A stretch of 64,000 nucleotides of DNA from the human T2T-CHM13v2.0 reference genome, Homo sapiens: the NCBI RefSeq assembly GCF_009914755.1, contig NC_060946.1; one strand, 5' to 3'. The position numbers and the translations under genes are program-made. Numbering within the stretch: position 1 is the stretch's first letter; each line of letters begins with the position of its first letter. This document shows, one piece after another, positions 60,350-64,000 of the stretch. The notes below the pieces were generated by a model that was given only the letters and a program-made list of their open reading frames with translations, had not been told where the DNA came from and made no database searches.

Positions 60350-61025
60350 TCATGCGTCAACAAACTATGGCCTGAGGGCCAAAGCCAGCGCACCACCCGT
60401 TTTTGTACAGCCCATGGGTTAAGAAGAGTTTTCAAAATTTTAAACAGCAGTCTCCCCTTATCCATGGTTTCACCTTCTGTGGTTTCAGTTACTTGCAGTC
60501 AACCATGGCCCAAAAATAGGTGAGTACTATACAGCAGGACATATTGAGAGGGAGAGACCACATTCACATGACTTCTGTGACAGTAGATTGCTATAATTGT
60601 CTGATTTTATTATTATTTATTATTATTTCTCTCTTACTGTGCCTAAATTTATAAATTAAACTATATCACAGTTGTGTATGTATAGGAAAACCCAGTAAAT
60701 GTAGGGTTTGGTACTGTTCATGGTTTCAGGCTTCCACCGGGAGTCTTGGAATGTATCCTTTGCCAATAAGGGGGAGCTACTGTAGTCGGGAAAAAAAATC
60801 AAAGAACAATATTATTCGAAGTGGGAACATGATATGAAATTCAAATTTCAGTGTCCATGAGTAGAGTTCCAGTGGAAGATAGCACTGCCCATTCATTTAC
60901 GTATTGTCTGTGGTTGCTTTCCCACTACAAGAGCTGACTGAGTAGCTTCAGCAGAGACCATGTGCCCTGCAAAGCCTCAAATAGGTAGCATCTGGCTCTG
61001 TGCAGAAAACTTTGATGACCCTTGC
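60350..61025. mobile_element. MER58B-like element with a nested MER44A-like Tigger MITE (60445-60782)
   Basis: Inner TIRs cagcagtctccccttatc.../...ataagggggagctactg+ta; outer aaactatggcctgagggccaaa...aaaactttgatgaccc. Confidence 0.7.
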
Positions 61026-61278
61026 CTAGATCATGGTCTAGCAGCATTGATATCACCTGGGAGCTTGTTAGAAATTCAGAACCCCAGGCAGGCGGGACTG
61101 CAGATCTAGTGAATGAGAGCCTGCATTTTAACAAGATCCCCTGGGTGATCTGTGTGCACAGTCAGGCGCTAGAGGAAGCAAATCAACATCTCTTAAGTAT
61201 CTACAATTTTTTAAGAGTGCGTTACCTCAATCAGTCTTTAGGTTAATCCCTTTTCCACTAGGGACATTTACTGGCCCT

Positions 61279-61580
61279 GTTTTGTTTTTATTTTTTGAGA
61301 CTGAGTCTCGCTCTGCCACTCAGGCTGGAGTGCAGTGGTGCAATCTCGGCTCACTGCAACCTCTGCCTCCCAGGTTCAAATAATTCTTGTGCTTCAGCCT
61401 CCTGAGCAGCTGAGACTACAGGCGCCCACCACCACGCCCAGCTAATTTTTATGTTTTTAGCAGAGATGGGTTTCGCCATGTTGGCCAGGCTGGTCTCGAA
61501 CTCCTGACCTCAGGTGATCGGCCCGCCTTGGCATCCCAAAGTGCTGGGATTATAGTAGGCATGAGCCGTAGCTCCCGGCC
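61279..61580 (-). mobile_element. AluS SINE
   Basis: Full antisense Alu. Confidence 0.9.
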
Positions 61581-61912
61581 AACTGGGGCTATTTTACAGG
61601 TGAGAAAAACAAAGATCGCACGTCAAGTGCTCGCCCAAGGTTATATAATTAGGAATTGGCTGAGTCAGATTTAAACTCTTAGGTCCTTTGTACATCCTGT
61701 GGCCTTAACCATTAAGCTCAATGGTCCCCTATACAGAGAGGGTAAGGCCAAATTCAGTGTCTTCTGTCTGAAGCTGGAGGCACTAAACTGGCTCCCTAAG
61801 ATACCCTAAGTGGGTGGCTGTTTTATTTGACGTATACAGTGTTTCAAAAGATTTTTAAATTAGTTGCCAATATTTAAAAATAAGGAGTCTGGATATTGGA
61901 GACCCCAGATAA

Positions 61913-62264
<352 letters not shown>

Positions 62265-62480
62265 TGAGAATTGATTGTTATAAAAGAATCTGGAAATCAG
62301 GCTTCCCTGGCTGGGGCTAAGTTGTGACTTCTCTTGCAGGATGGCCTCGAACTCCCAGCCTGGGCTTCTGACTCATGGTAATGCCTGGTCCCTTGGGCAT
62401 CTGAGTTGGCATCCCTTGGTCAAAACCAGTGGTTATGCAGAACAGCCTGCAAATCACCTGTGCATTTTGTTAAAATGTAG

Positions 62481-62845
<365 letters not shown>

Positions 62846-63808
62846 ATGTTCTGCACTTTTAAGGGGCTCCCAGGTGATACGGATGCTGCCAGTACTTCCA
62901 TAGGGCACACTGAGCAGCAAGGCTACCGAGGAGCTCAGGACCGTCTGACTTCAGGGCCCATTGCCCAGATCATCTGAATCGGTGCCCTTGGCTGCTGATC
63001 CATTATCTGTTAGAGTGGCCAGGGGCCTCTAGGTCCTTCTCTTCAGCTGTTAGCAGCCTCCTCCATCGACCTGCTGAGTTGTATAGCTACCACTCTTTTC
63101 TAGGAGTGTCATGACGTGAACAAGGCTGAGCAGCATTCACTGGCCCATCACAGTGCCTCCTTTGTCTTCCAGCTTCACCCCTGGAGGACAGAGCTATTGG
63201 TATGGAGGTCTCCTGGGGGTGAAGACCAAGAGTCAAGCAAGAGATCAGGGTCTGCCGCTAGTGTCCTATTGATCTGGAGGCTTAATGGAGGCAGATGTTT
63301 GTATTTTAGAAAGCTGCTTCCCCTACCCCCAACACATGGACAGACACACACCCCAAAATGTAACAAACCCATTGTCTGCATCATCTGTGGTCTTCCTGGA
63401 AAACAAGCCTGCCATGGCCACCTGTCGGCAGTGATGCCAACTGCTCCCCGGTACAGCTATTTCCAAGATTCCAGAGATGTGGCTGGTTTCACTTCCAGGA
63501 AGCTTGCTGGAAGACTGCCCTGTGCCCCACGCCTCAGTAGGGCAGGGGGCCTCCCCTGGTTTTAGGATCATGCTTCTCCTGCCTGCTGATGGTAAGAATG
63601 GGCTGTGCCTGAGCGTTTTGGCTAGAGAAGCCCTCAGCAGACATATAGGCTGTGTTCCAAAAGGCCTGGCAGAACTCTCTGGAGTCTTACCTCCCCTGGC
63701 ATGGATGCCAGAATCAGTGGGAAGAACGTGTGCGTGTGATATGCAGCCCTGTGCAAATCATTTCTCCTCTTTGATCTCTGCTTATCTCATCTGTAAAATG
63801 AGTATCAT

Positions 63809-64000
63809 TGAAACGGTCCTCACAGGGATAACAAAAATTACATCCTGGGTCCTGTGCAGAAATATAGTTCTATTAAGCACTAATCAGGCCACACTTTGGC
63901 CCACTTCCTTGTAACTGAGAGTCAGGTAGCACTAGATACTGACCATCTGCATCCTCATTGTTCCTATACCTAGGATTTCTAACCTTAGAATCATAGGTTT
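63809..64000 (+). mobile_element. ERV1-class LTR 5' part (MER72-like, family uncertain), runs off the window end
   Basis: Starts TGAAAC; contains cagaaatatagtt...cactttggcccacttccttg...tagatactgacc. Confidence 0.55.

Noticed and set aside
63116-63600. 149-aa ORF and donor-like G|gtaaga at 63591 suggesting an antisense transcript
   Set aside because: No homology, non-ATG start, and no promoter or acceptor evidence from sequence alone.

Overview
Primate (almost certainly human) genomic DNA from inside the synapsin III gene (SYN3, 22q12.3), which is transcribed on the minus strand. Five consecutive coding exons lie at 21464-21606, 17930-18004, 13687-13789, 8769-8903 and 7813-7900. They have canonical AG/GT ends and join in frame, encoding the distal C domain and the start of the Pro/Gln-rich tail. 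Everything above 21606 (>42 kb) appears to be one intron, dense in Alu, MIR, L2, L1, MaLR/ERV1 LTRs and DNA transposons, including a full-length Tigger1 carrying three Alus. I found no new protein-coding gene or new multi-gene system. The most unusual signals are (1) a 168-bp inverted copy of nearby intronic DNA patched into an Alu with junction microhomology; (2) an older ~210-bp local copy that interrupts an L1 fragment; (3) an LTR10-like fragment apparently retroposed by L1, with a 14-bp TSD and an end at its poly(A) site; (4) four AP-1 sites in 181 bp; and (5) a 24-bp minisatellite born inside a MIR. Repeat family names come from recalled consensus sequences, and their boundaries are approximate unless TSDs or TIRs are quoted.
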